Shown: positions 8,013-16,925 of the stretch, piece by piece | How the letters are laid out: every line of letters starts with the position of its first letter | How positions within the stretch are numbered: the first letter of the stretch is position 1 | Sequence record: OP870147.1 | Direction: 5' to 3' (one strand) | Length of the DNA stretch: 64,000 nucleotides | DNA from: Escherichia phage vB_Eco_F31 | The notes under the pieces: generated by a model | Databases searched by the model: none | Told to the model about the DNA's origin: nothing | What the model saw: the letters and a program-made list of their open reading frames with translations, nothing else | Made by a program: the position numbers and the translations under genes

Positions 8013-8606
8013 TTATTTCAAAGAGTTAATATATTCTTGTACATCAGCAGAAGTGGTTTCGACACCAGCTGGAGTGCCATTGAACGTTTCAACACGAGTT
8101 AGAGTGTCTTCGATATCAACCTTAGTCAGTGCAGCGATTTCAATTACATCATCGGCCGTAGAGATACCAAGGGCATTAGCTGCTCGAGTTTCACGAATGT
8201 ATTCGAGTTTGATTGCCAGATTCTGCCGAGCATCATCAAGTTCAACCACCTTACGAGCAATTTCAATTCGCATAGCGGCATACCCGTCAGCTTTTGTATT
8301 AAGTTGTTCGGCAGTTCGACGATACAGAAGACCAAGCTTAGCATGCATAGTAACATCTTGTCCTTCGGCCAGGAGCTTACGAATTTCACGTTCCTTAGAA
8401 GCGGCTTGCTTGTTCTTTTCATTAACAAGTTCGCGAATACGTTTTTCTTCATTAATAGATTTAACAGAAGCCGTTTTTAGTTCTTTGATTTGGGTAATCA
8501 ACTTATCTGCAGCTGCGTTATACTGTTCTTCGACAGTCAGATTTTTAGCCATAGCAGTACCCAGTTTAGTGCGGATGAATTCAACAAGTTTCTTCAGTGT
8601 GTTCAT
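8013..8606 (-). CDS. coiled-coil protein (hypothetical; possibly PspA/IM30-like, unverified)
   Basis: about 198 aa, highly charged K/E/A/R-rich heptad-like sequence; ATG 8606. Confidence 0.45.
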   Translation of the reverse strand: MNTLKKLVEFIRTKLGTAMAKNLTVEEQYNAAADKLITQIKELKTASVKSINEEKRIRELVNEKNKQAASKEREIRKLLAEGQDVTMHAKLGLLYRRTAEQLNTKADGYAAMRIEIARKVVELDDARQNLAIKLEYIRETRAANALGISTADDVIEIAALTKVDIEDTLTRVETFNGTPAGVETTSADVQEYINSLK

Positions 8607-8641
8607 ATTATTACCTTTCAATTGGTGGTTTATTATCCAAC

Positions 8642-8677
8642 GAGAGCATTATACTCTGCTCTCAAGAGTTTGTAAAT
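8642..8677 (-). promoter_or_regulatory. early-type promoter (ATTTAC-N18-TATAAT) with -10 inside inverted repeat GAGAGC/GCTCTC
   Basis: Pattern read upstream of 8013..8606. Confidence 0.45.
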
Positions 8678-8904
8678 TATTTTTTAATCAAATTGACATA
8701 AAACTTGGCGTCTTCAGGGTGCATGCCTTCGCAGTATTCTTCAACCATGAACTTCTTAACAGCTTCATAAGGACCACTCAGATTAAGCTCAGTTGTCCAG
8801 AACTTGGAATCTTGGACTGAATCGATACGAACTTCAGGGTGGCGGTTGCGAATAACTTCTTCGGTGTATTCATAATCAACGACATCAATACTAACTTTAG
8901 CCAT
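8677..8904 (-). CDS. hypothetical protein
   Basis: 75 aa ORF with AGAGGAAA SD. Confidence 0.5.
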   Translation of the reverse strand: MAKVSIDVVDYEYTEEVIRNRHPEVRIDSVQDSKFWTTELNLSGPYEAVKKFMVEEYCEGMHPEDAKFYVNLIKK

Positions 8905-8950
8905 TTTGTTTTCCTCTTGATTTGATGTGATTACTATAACATAAACTTAC

Positions 8951-9115
8951 TTAGATGTAAATTATTTCAACGTCACCTTTAGCTGCTTTATAACCTTCAG
9001 CCCAAGATACAACAGAGTTTTTATCTGAGGATTCAAATTCAGGCATTGGACTTTCACCAATATTCACACAGTATGTTTCTTCATTTTCATCGAACCAAAT
9101 AATTAAAGTAGTCAT
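8951..9115 (-). CDS. hypothetical small protein (54 aa)
   Basis: Manual translation MTTLIIWFDENEETYC...; GAGGAG SD; promoter-like module upstream; below ORF-track size cutoff. Confidence 0.4.
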   Translation of the reverse strand: MTTLIIWFDENEETYCVNIGESPMPEFESSDKNSVVSWAEGYKAAKGDVEIIYI

Positions 9116-9183
9116 TTTGTTTACTCCTCTGTTGTTGATAAACCCATAGTATCACCATCCTTGGTGCTTGTACATCATTATTT

Positions 9184-9489
9184 TTAATTTTTCCAACTTA
9201 ACAACTTGTAGTGTCCTTCATTCATACGTGGTTTATCCCAAGAAATACTAATATATGATTCACCGTCAATAGAAGTCGCCGGGTTTTTCTCTACCGTAAG
9301 ACCTTCACTTTCCAGCCATTCAATAGTATTTGAGCATAAATCAGAAGAACACCTCATCGGGAACCGGCAAGATTTTTCACCTTTAGCCGCAGTGTTATAC
9401 ATCTTTTCTAAAATACGCTTTTGCACGTTTTTAAAAATAGTTTCAGCAGATTCTTCAGATTTTTTATTCAGTTCAGTGTAAAGACTCAT
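9184..9489 (-). CDS. hypothetical protein
   Basis: 101 aa ORF, GAGGAG SD, early promoter upstream. Confidence 0.55.
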   Translation of the reverse strand: MSLYTELNKKSEESAETIFKNVQKRILEKMYNTAAKGEKSCRFPMRCSSDLCSNTIEWLESEGLTVEKNPATSIDGESYISISWDKPRMNEGHYKLLSWKN

Positions 9490-9517
9490 AATATTCTCCT
9501 CTGTGGTTGATAAGTCT

Positions 9518-9546
9518 ATAGTATCATGTCCTTAGAAGAAGTAAAC
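9518..9546 (-). promoter_or_regulatory. early promoter (GTTTAC-N17-TACTAT, minus strand)
   Basis: Upstream of 9184..9489, downstream of a terminator. Confidence 0.55.
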
Positions 9547-9577
9547 ATCTTTATGAAATATTTTTATGCCCTAGATG

Positions 9578-9607
9578 CCAAAAAGCCCCAACCATAAGGA
9601 AGGGGCA
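9578..9607 (-). terminator. rho-independent terminator (GCCCC...GGGGC + U5) after the 9613..10077 gene
   Basis: Stem-loop plus CTTTTTGGCAT on the minus strand. Confidence 0.5.
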
Positions 9608-9612
9608 TTCTA

Positions 9613-10077
9613 TTATTTAATTTGTTTAGCAGACCAGATACGGTCTTTAATAAGTTTTTGGATATCTTCAACATACTCAAGGCTATGAGCGTGAGGATTA
9701 TCTTTGAAGCTATGTGCTCGTGCCAGTTTCTGTCCTTCTGTTTTGATTACTAAAAGCTCTTTAAGAATTGCTTCATACTTAGAAATAATTCCTTTGGCGA
9801 TATTTTTTTCTTGAGCTGCTTTAGGGTCCGCTTTTGGCGCAGGTGCTTTACCTGTAGCTTTCTGGAACAATTCACCTGATGCAGCTAGGCTTTTAAAAAC
9901 TCGGCTAACAGTATTAGCATTAGTAAAACCTTCGGCTTTAAAATCTCTAATAAAACGGAAACGTTCTTCATCAGAGGCGTCTTTGTAAGAATATTTACCT
10001 GCTTGAATTGCTGCAATCGCAGCGGCTTTTACATCTGAACTAGATTGTTCAGTCAAAAATTCAGCGTATGATTTCAT
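9613..10077 (-). CDS. internal protein-like (CTS-bearing, MKSYAEFLTE...)
   Basis: 154 aa; N-terminus matches MKxYxEFxxE capsid-targeting pattern; Lys/Ala-rich. Confidence 0.55.
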   Translation of the reverse strand: MKSYAEFLTEQSSSDVKAAAIAAIQAGKYSYKDASDEERFRFIRDFKAEGFTNANTVSRVFKSLAASGELFQKATGKAPAPKADPKAAQEKNIAKGIISKYEAILKELLVIKTEGQKLARAHSFKDNPHAHSLEYVEDIQKLIKDRIWSAKQIK

Positions 10078-10121
10078 GTTGCTTTTCCTAAATTAATTAA
10101 CTTATCTATTTATTATTATGC

Positions 10122-10149
10122 CAAAAAGCCCCAACCTTTCGGAAGGGGC
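10122..10149 (-). terminator. rho-independent terminator (GCCCC...GGGGC + U5) closing the tRNA/small-RNA transcription unit
   Basis: Stem-loop plus CTTTTTGGCATAA on the minus strand. Confidence 0.5.
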
Positions 10150-10155
10150 TATGCC

Positions 10156-10340
10156 TTGCGGCAACCTTGTCGGGGTTCCACCTGCTAAGGCAAGTGTTTG
10201 TACGAAACGCCGGGATTTGAACCCGGTTATTAAGCAGTTGACGCTACTCAATATTTTTAAAAGGCCATATCTCGACCATATCCGAACGTTCCGTCAAAAA
10301 CGCTACTCGGCTTACGGCAAAGATATTTCCTCGAATCGAT
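10156..10340 (-). ncRNA. candidate small stable RNA downstream of tRNA-Arg (cf. T4 species 1/2 RNAs); tRNA-like T-arm CCGGG-TTCAAAT-CCCGG
   Basis: Non-coding stretch between tRNA cluster and a rho-independent terminator; T-arm-like hairpin at about 10211-10227; no full cloverleaf could be drawn. Confidence 0.3.
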
Positions 10341-10637
10341 AATTCGGTGCGCCGTTTCTGCTGTGATGTAAGGGGATATTAAAAAATCGTAAAGATTTAT
10401 TAAGACCAGTCCTTACTCAGGGAACATCAGTCCGACGACTTACCGGTAGCGACCCGGCTTCTTATTTTGGCATATCATCAATTTGCTCTCGACGCCGACG
10501 CCATAGATTAATAGCTTCATTAACACATTCGGCGTTTGGTATATGACGGCAATAATATAATGATTCGCGTTTCTGGAACCGATGTTGCAACGGGATTTCG
10601 TTTAAAAGGTCTTTACGGTCAAAGTATTCAAAACTAG

Positions 10638-10805
10638 TTAACCCGGAACGGTTTTAAGAAACTTCCAATGTCCGAATTCATTTTTAAAATAAACATAATC
10701 AGCATGTTGATATAATGAATTAATTAACCTATCGGAAATAACTGTTTCACGTTCGTTAAAATAAAACGTTAAATCATGAACTACCAGATACACATTGCCT
10801 TTCAT
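10638..10805 (-). CDS. hypothetical small protein
   Basis: ORF track 10638..10853 overlaps tRNA-Arg at its 5' end; internal ATG 10805 (MKGNVYL...) avoids the overlap. Confidence 0.3.
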   Translation of the reverse strand: MKGNVYLVVHDLTFYFNERETVISDRLINSLYQHADYVYFKNEFGHWKFLKTVPG

Positions 10806-10823
10806 ATTTTCCTCACTTGAAGT

Positions 10824-10900
<77 letters not shown>

Positions 10901-10903
10901 GAT

Positions 10904-10978
10904 TGGTGACCCTGGCTGGTTTCGATCCAGCTACCTATCAGTTATGAGCTGACAGCTCTCCCATTGAGCTACAGGGCC
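10904..10978 (-). tRNA. tRNA with CAU anticodon (Ile by lysidine modification, or Met), CCA encoded
   Basis: Manual cloverleaf: acceptor GGCCCTG/CAGGGTC, D-arm GCTC...GAGC, anticodon loop CTCATAA, T-arm GCTGG-ATCGAAA-CCAGC. Confidence 0.75.
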
Positions 10979-11040
10979 TTAATAACTTTCTATTATGAAA
11001 GGCACTTTAGAGCACCTTTGGTAATAGAGGGTATGAATTA

Positions 11041-11065
11041 ATAATAACACATAATTCTTAAAGCA
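11041..11065 (-). promoter_or_regulatory. putative MotA-type middle promoter upstream of tRNA cluster
   Basis: Minus strand TTTGCTTTA then 12 nt then TATTAT. Confidence 0.3.
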
Positions 11066-11573
11066 AATCAATCATTTTAACAGTCGGCAAAACGATTTCT
11101 TCTTCAATATAAGCAAATTCAACACATTCAACTACACGCAAGAAATCATAATCATAATATTCAGAAGCATGGCCAAGAATATCAATGAGACCTTCTGATA
11201 CTAAATATCCATTCTCATGGAACAGGTCAAATATACGTGATTCATCTTCTTCAGATTTATTACCGAGGTCGACTTCAATATCAAAGACCTTTTTAATGAA
11301 TTCTGGATAAAGCTGGTCTGAGAACAGTCCTTCAACCAAGTATTCATAGATTAAAAGCGAGCAATCACTGAATGGTGTATTACCACAGTAACGTTCAGCT
11401 TTAGTGCTAGAATGACGACTCTTAAATTTCTTCAAGAGATATTTAAACTGTTGGAGCTCATGCTCTTCTACACCAAATAATGTTTTGGTTTTATAGTTAT
11501 CGCCGTCATTTTCCCAAGTAGTGACATCAATTACGTAACCTTTAGGAATTGTACTGCCTAAACAAATATTCAT
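11058..11573 (-). CDS. hypothetical protein
   Basis: 171 aa ORF, ATG start. Confidence 0.55.
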   Translation of the reverse strand: MNICLGSTIPKGYVIDVTTWENDGDNYKTKTLFGVEEHELQQFKYLLKKFKSRHSSTKAERYCGNTPFSDCSLLIYEYLVEGLFSDQLYPEFIKKVFDIEVDLGNKSEEDESRIFDLFHENGYLVSEGLIDILGHASEYYDYDFLRVVECVEFAYIEEEIVLPTVKMIDLL

Positions 11574-11577
11574 TTAC

Positions 11578-11868
11578 TCACCGTACCATATTAATGTAAT
11601 TATATTCAATGCAACGTAATTTCAAAGGATTCTTGAAAATATCATATTCAAGAGGGCCTTTTTCTGTTTCAATAAAGAAATCAAAGTTAACTGTGTTAAA
11701 TTTATCGTCTTCACAGAGTAATTTAACCTGTGAAGACGAACGGTCGATATAAACCTTTTCAACCTCAAAGTTAGTCAGAATACCGTAGTCATCGACTAGT
11801 GCTTTAGCTGCACGTCGGTCGCTTTCATATCCATTCTCAATGGACGATACTTTAGCATAAAGAATCAT
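11578..11868 (-). CDS. hypothetical protein
   Basis: 96 aa ORF; ATGA overlap with upstream gene. Confidence 0.55.
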   Translation of the reverse strand: MILYAKVSSIENGYESDRRAAKALVDDYGILTNFEVEKVYIDRSSSQVKLLCEDDKFNTVNFDFFIETEKGPLEYDIFKNPLKLRCIEYNYINMVR

Positions 11869-12227
11869 GAATGTTCCACCATTTCAAAGGTATGAGCATC
11901 AACAATATGATACCAGTCAAAATTTTCTTCTGCGTTTTTATAAATTTCGCGAAGAGCTTCAACAGTTTTTCCTGTAGCAACAAGGTCGTCAATACCACCA
12001 AGAGGATAACAGTCATAACCAGCAAACAGAAGAAAATTAATAGTTTCTGTAGGTTCTGGATGCAGAACACCGTTATCGTCTACCACTTCAAAGAAAGTGT
12101 AAGAAGGAGTACAAGTTTTAATCCAAGCCCATGCTTGAGCCGCTGAATCAAATGGTCTGCGTATCAAACGACAATCAGGGTCTTTAGAAGGATTTGCTTC
12201 AAAATCAGCATATACATGATATTTCAT
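11865..12227 (-). CDS. hypothetical protein
   Basis: ORF track 11865..12245; ATG 12227 preceded by AAGGTGAG. Confidence 0.5.
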   Translation of the reverse strand: MKYHVYADFEANPSKDPDCRLIRRPFDSAAQAWAWIKTCTPSYTFFEVVDDNGVLHPEPTETINFLLFAGYDCYPLGGIDDLVATGKTVEALREIYKNAEENFDWYHIVDAHTFEMVEHS

Positions 12228-12228
12228 T

Positions 12229-12414
12229 TTACTCACCTTTTGCAATTTTATCCATAACGATAGCGATTAAGCTGATTAGAAATGCTACTACCAATGAGAT
12301 AGAGTTTTCAGTTGTTGTCAGTAGTCCACAAATGAATCCTACAAACATCGAAAAACTAAAAGCCATTGAAGCAATTACTACAGCAACATTACGAATCAGT
12401 TCAGCGCGTTTCAT
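12229..12414 (-). CDS. small membrane protein
   Basis: ORF track 12229..12435; ATG 12414 preceded by GGAGAAA; single long hydrophobic segment. Confidence 0.45.
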   Translation of the reverse strand: MKRAELIRNVAVVIASMAFSFSMFVGFICGLLTTTENSISLVVAFLISLIAIVMDKIAKGE

Positions 12415-12442
12415 TTTATTTCTCCATTTACTCATTTGTTTT

Positions 12443-12481
12443 GATAGGACTACTATAACATAGTCCTATCTGCATGTAAAC
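12443..12481 (-). promoter_or_regulatory. early promoter module (GTTTAC + -10) with perfect 9-bp inverted repeat GATAGGACT/AGTCCTATC
   Basis: Upstream of 12229..12414; module shared with 4262 and 5825. Confidence 0.5.
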
Positions 12482-12484
12482 TAC

Positions 12485-12772
12485 TTACAGAAGAGTTTTT
12501 GCAATAATTTTAAGCTGAGCTACAGAAATATGCTTAGCTTTAAACAGTGCAGTCTCTTCAGCCGGAGAGATAACAATAGTAGCGCCATCTTTCTTAGCGG
12601 ACCACCCATCCCCTAAGTAAACAGTACCTTTTACTTCTTCGCCGTCAACCAGACTAATCATTGGTTTACCCTCGCGTCCTTTATTTGCTTTAATAACTTC
12701 GGAAGTAAGGGTTGCTTCGGTCAGAGTAGAAACGTTAGCAAAAGGTGATATAAATTCTTTATAGGATTTCAT
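12485..12772 (-). CDS. internal protein-like (MKSYKEFIS...)
   Basis: 95 aa; CTS-like N-terminus; sits where ipI lies in T4 (upstream of 57B). Confidence 0.55.
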   Translation of the reverse strand: MKSYKEFISPFANVSTLTEATLTSEVIKANKGREGKPMISLVDGEEVKGTVYLGDGWSAKKDGATIVISPAEETALFKAKHISVAQLKIIAKTLL

Positions 12773-12806
12773 TTTATTTCCTTGAGGTTGTTTATTTGAT
12801 AGGACG

Positions 12807-12836
12807 ATAGTATCACACCAACATCCTTATGTAAAC
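12807..12836 (-). promoter_or_regulatory. early promoter (GTTTAC-N18-TACTAT, minus strand)
   Basis: Upstream of IP-like gene 12485..12772. Confidence 0.55.
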
Positions 12837-12849
12837 TGTTTTGTGAAAA

Positions 12850-13535
<686 letters not shown>

Positions 13536-13539
13536 TTTA

Positions 13540-14274
13540 TTACCTTAAGATTGTTTCAATTTTAGAATAAAGCTCTTCTAAAGAGCCGTCGTTTGTAATA
13601 ACTAAATCGCCTTCTTCAATAGGCAACCCAGCTTCTGTAATATGTTTATCGGTGGATTCCGTACCAGAGCGAACCACATGAATAACTGTAGCACCCATCG
13701 CTCTAGCGGTTTCCATTTCATGGACTTGACGTGTATCGGTTACGACATAGTAATCGAAATCACTTCCAATATAATCCATATAGTTTAATGCAAAAAGCTT
13801 AACCCAATACATACGGTCAAATAAATTAACGACAACATCCGTACCGAGGGCTTGCATAAGACGGCGGATTGACCATGTGTCGTTGATATTATTTATAGCT
13901 TCACGCAGGGCTTCATATGGTTTAATATCTAGATACGAATATCCACCTTCTAACGATGATAATACTTTAACATTATTAATTGGTAAATATTGACTTTGCA
14001 AATAAATTAGCGCTTCTTCCAATAATTCAATAACATCCAACTTATTGAGATTTAATGGTGTTTCACGGTCATATCCAATGCCTTCAAAGTATTCGTATTT
14101 CAACTCTGTGAATACATCAGGATTTTCAGCACGCCTACGTCCCCAGGCTATTGCTAAAGCGTCTTTAATTGGATACGCTAATTGGTATTTTACGGATTTA
14201 AAGTTTGAATTGATGTAATCAGCAGTAGTGTCTTTACCGCTACGTTTGATGCCACTTAAAAAGATTAGCTCCAT
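13540..14274 (-). CDS. 1: deoxynucleoside monophosphate kinase
   Basis: 244 aa; P-loop SGIKRSGKDT; strong resemblance to T4 gp1. Confidence 0.9.
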   Translation of the reverse strand: MELIFLSGIKRSGKDTTADYINSNFKSVKYQLAYPIKDALAIAWGRRRAENPDVFTELKYEYFEGIGYDRETPLNLNKLDVIELLEEALIYLQSQYLPINNVKVLSSLEGGYSYLDIKPYEALREAINNINDTWSIRRLMQALGTDVVVNLFDRMYWVKLFALNYMDYIGSDFDYYVVTDTRQVHEMETARAMGATVIHVVRSGTESTDKHITEAGLPIEEGDLVITNDGSLEELYSKIETILR

Positions 14275-14327
14275 AGGTTTTCCTCATATAATTTATGAGT
14301 GATTATAACATACGGAGCTAGAAGCGA

Positions 14328-14912
14328 TTAACGCAAGGAAGGGTGTCTAGAAATGGATTTAGATTCGGCGGCCTGACGTGGTTGTTGAGATACAATGACT
14401 TCGCCATCTTTTTCTATCGTCATATACGCATAGTGAATAGTTGCTACGCACGTAACGGCAGGGTCAGAGTCTTCAGTGTAACTAAATTCAATTTCACTCA
14501 AATCAGAAATCCATGGTTTATAGAAATTTGCCGTCAAAACTACTTCAGTCTTATTGTTGTTTAAAATGTGCAAAGTAACAAACTCAGGACCATCGGAGTG
14601 GGCCGTATTATGTCCGGTTATATAGTTATTAGTGCTGAGCATCCATTTATACATGTTCATCCAGGACGTCATGTCTTCATCAACTATAAATCGTACAATA
14701 AAAGGGTCATATTCAAATGTGGTGCCTGCACGCATTGCACGCCCTAGCCCCATTGTGCCTGTCACCGTTTCAACAACAGGAATTCTCACACCTGGCAGTG
14801 GAGCCGTTTGGGCGTTGAGCACAAAACCTGAAGTTCGTGTACTATCCGGGATATCCACAACAAAGTTTGTTATATTTGTTTGGTTAAAAATCTGTCTCGT
14901 TGGACGAGTCAT
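14328..14912 (-). CDS. 3: gp3 tail completion / sheath stabiliser (by synteny)
   Basis: ORF track 14328..14918 (GTG); ATG 14912 preceded by GAGGTG; order 1-3-2-4 as in T4. Confidence 0.65.
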   Translation of the reverse strand: MTRPTRQIFNQTNITNFVVDIPDSTRTSGFVLNAQTAPLPGVRIPVVETVTGTMGLGRAMRAGTTFEYDPFIVRFIVDEDMTSWMNMYKWMLSTNNYITGHNTAHSDGPEFVTLHILNNNKTEVVLTANFYKPWISDLSEIEFSYTEDSDPAVTCVATIHYAYMTIEKDGEVIVSQQPRQAAESKSISRHPSLR

Positions 14913-15014
14913 AAGCACCTCAAAAACGCTTTAATAAAAATGCAGTATAATGGTTTTAGGTCTCTTCCATTAATCCGGTTCAACAGAATATCAGAAGAAC
15001 GGAAGAGAATAGAA

Positions 15015-15836
15015 TTAAGATTTCCAAACAGTATTCGCAGAGAAACGTTTTCCTTTTGACATAAACTGCTGAGTAGGTAACATGATTATGTTAGCCCAGT
15101 CTTTAGGAGCTATTTCTGTTATTGTTCCTCTAATGTGGCCTGGCAGGTATGCTTTAATCATTTTGTCAGCACCTTGAAATCCTTTCACCTTGCTCCAGTC
15201 TATCTTCAACTTTGTGTTATTAGTAATAGTAGTTGTGCTAGCATATTGCTTCAGCAATTCTTCAAGAAACTGTTGACGTGCTTTAGGCGGGATATAGTGC
15301 AAGTTTAACCCATACATCAAATTATGTTTACCTAATCCTAAATAAATAATCAAAGGATATCTGTCCCAATACGGCAGAGTATCTTTATGTTTAGCATCAT
15401 ACACGTAAGTATAAATTTTGCCTGGCGTAGGCTTGACTACTTTATGGCCTTTTACACTTTTCTTAATTGTTTCAACAAACCACTTAGATGATTTGTTGTT
15501 TACTGCTGCGCCTTCATTTCTAATCTTTTCTCGTATTGAACTGCGAAACGAGTTTATCATCAGAAGTTGACGTTCTTGCTTATTGAGTTTATTTTTAGGT
15601 TTAGATTCAAGCGTTTCAATTTTCTGTGCAGTCTTAATAGATGATGCATATCTAGACATTGCCGATGTAAACGACGAGTATTTTATTCCTTTTGATTCTG
15701 CAAATGCTTTTGCAGTGATTCCTTTCTCTTTAGCTTTCTTGTATTCTAATCCTATCTCAATCCATTTTCTTTCATTCATAGACTGAGCAATCTTAGGGGC
15801 TTGTACGCCTTCAGATATAATTTGGAATATGCTCAT
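15015..15836 (-). CDS. 2: gp2 DNA end protector protein
   Basis: 273 aa (T4 gp2 is 274 aa); synteny. Confidence 0.8.
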   Translation of the reverse strand: MSIFQIISEGVQAPKIAQSMNERKWIEIGLEYKKAKEKGITAKAFAESKGIKYSSFTSAMSRYASSIKTAQKIETLESKPKNKLNKQERQLLMINSFRSSIREKIRNEGAAVNNKSSKWFVETIKKSVKGHKVVKPTPGKIYTYVYDAKHKDTLPYWDRYPLIIYLGLGKHNLMYGLNLHYIPPKARQQFLEELLKQYASTTTITNNTKLKIDWSKVKGFQGADKMIKAYLPGHIRGTITEIAPKDWANIIMLPTQQFMSKGKRFSANTVWKS

Positions 15837-15838
15837 AA

Positions 15839-16288
15839 TTACCCCTTGTATCCGAGTTTTCTAAGACCATCTTCGGTTAGAACTCGAAATTTTATATTTC
15901 TCTTTTCAGCAACAGCTGAGGCAGCTTTCCATTTGTCACAGTTCACAGACCACGTGTAGATTTCATTCATATAACGTTTCTTAGCCGCAGTTGTAAGATT
16001 CACTGGTTTAATAGGTGGCTGAGTTTCTTTCTTTGGTTTTATTTCTACAAAAAACTCTTGGCCTGATGCATCTTTCATCCATATGTCCATATAGTATCGA
16101 CGTTTCTTACCTTCAGCATTACAAAAATATGGAATTACTGCTGTTTCACTACCCCATGCAATAATTTCTGGATTTTTATCCAACCATTCGAAAAAGAATT
16201 TTTCCCAGTTTGAACGATACGTTATTTTGGTATGGTCTCCACGGTATTTTTTTAAATTTTTTGGGACCCATTTACCAGAGTAGGCCAT
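15839..16288 (-). CDS. 4: gp4 head completion protein
   Basis: ORF track frame; ATG 16288 gives a 150-aa protein, preceded by AAGGAGGA. Confidence 0.85.
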   Translation of the reverse strand: MAYSGKWVPKNLKKYRGDHTKITYRSNWEKFFFEWLDKNPEIIAWGSETAVIPYFCNAEGKKRRYYMDIWMKDASGQEFFVEIKPKKETQPPIKPVNLTTAAKKRYMNEIYTWSVNCDKWKAASAVAEKRNIKFRVLTEDGLRKLGYKG

Positions 16289-16299
16289 GTTGTCCTCCT

Positions 16300-16307
16300 T
16301 ATAAATA
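16300..16307 (+). promoter_or_regulatory. late promoter TATAAATA for genes 53-5
   Basis: Exact octamer 43 nt upstream of gene 53 start; back-to-back with the gene 4 promoter. Confidence 0.65.
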
Positions 16308-16314
16308 GTATTAT

Positions 16315-16322
16315 TATTTATA
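16315..16322 (-). promoter_or_regulatory. late promoter TATAAATA (minus strand) for gene 4
   Basis: Exact octamer 27 nt upstream of gene 4 ATG. Confidence 0.65.
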
Positions 16323-16349
16323 CCAATTTCATATTGGAAGGAGACTATC

Positions 16350-16925
16350 TTGTTATTTACATTCTTCGACCCAATAGGATATAGTGCTAAAACAGTTAAT
16401 AAGAATGCACCTACTATTCCTATGACAGACATATTTCGTAACTATAAAGAGTACTTTAAGCGTGTGGCTGCCAATTATAGATTACGTTCTTATTATATTA
16501 AAGGCTCTCCACGTCCTGAAGAACTAGCTAATATCATTTATGGCAACCCGCAATTATACTGGGTTCTTTTGATGTGCAACGATAACTACGACCCGTATTA
16601 TGGTTGGATTACATCTCAGGAAGCAGCGTATCAAGCTTCTATTCAGAAATATGCTAATGCCGGTGGAGACCAAATTCTTTACCATATTAACGAGAACCGT
16701 GAGAAATTTTACAATTTAGTTTCATATCCAGACGAGCCTTTAGTGTGGTACGATAAAGGTGATGAAGCTCGTAAGTATCCGCAATATAAAGGACCTTTAG
16801 CTGCAGTAGATACTTATGAAGCGGCAGTATTAGATAATGAAAAACTTCGTAAAATAAAAATTGTTGCAAAAGAAGATATAAACTCGTTTATTACTGATTT
16901 GATTCGTGAGATGGAGATTGCATAA
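16350..16925 (+). CDS. 53: gp53 baseplate wedge protein
   Basis: 191 aa, MLFTFFDPIGY...; initiator codon is TTG preceded by GGAAGGAG; no in-frame ATG upstream. Confidence 0.88.
   Translation: MLFTFFDPIGYSAKTVNKNAPTIPMTDIFRNYKEYFKRVAANYRLRSYYIKGSPRPEELANIIYGNPQLYWVLLMCNDNYDPYYGWITSQEAAYQASIQKYANAGGDQILYHINENREKFYNLVSYPDEPLVWYDKGDEARKYPQYKGPLAAVDTYEAAVLDNEKLRKIKIVAKEDINSFITDLIREMEIA

Noticed and set aside
8053-8820. 255-aa plus-strand ORF rich in Ser/Leu/Ala
   Set aside because: Antisense to the coiled-coil gene 8013-8606 and spans an intergenic promoter; the low-complexity composition is typical of the reverse frame of K/E/A-rich coding sequence.
10207-10230. Possible third tRNA around the T-arm-like palindrome CCGGGATTTGAACCCGG
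   Set aside because: An acceptor stem with one G-U pair can be drawn for a 92-nt molecule, but no convincing D-arm or anticodon arm; reported only as part of a candidate small RNA.
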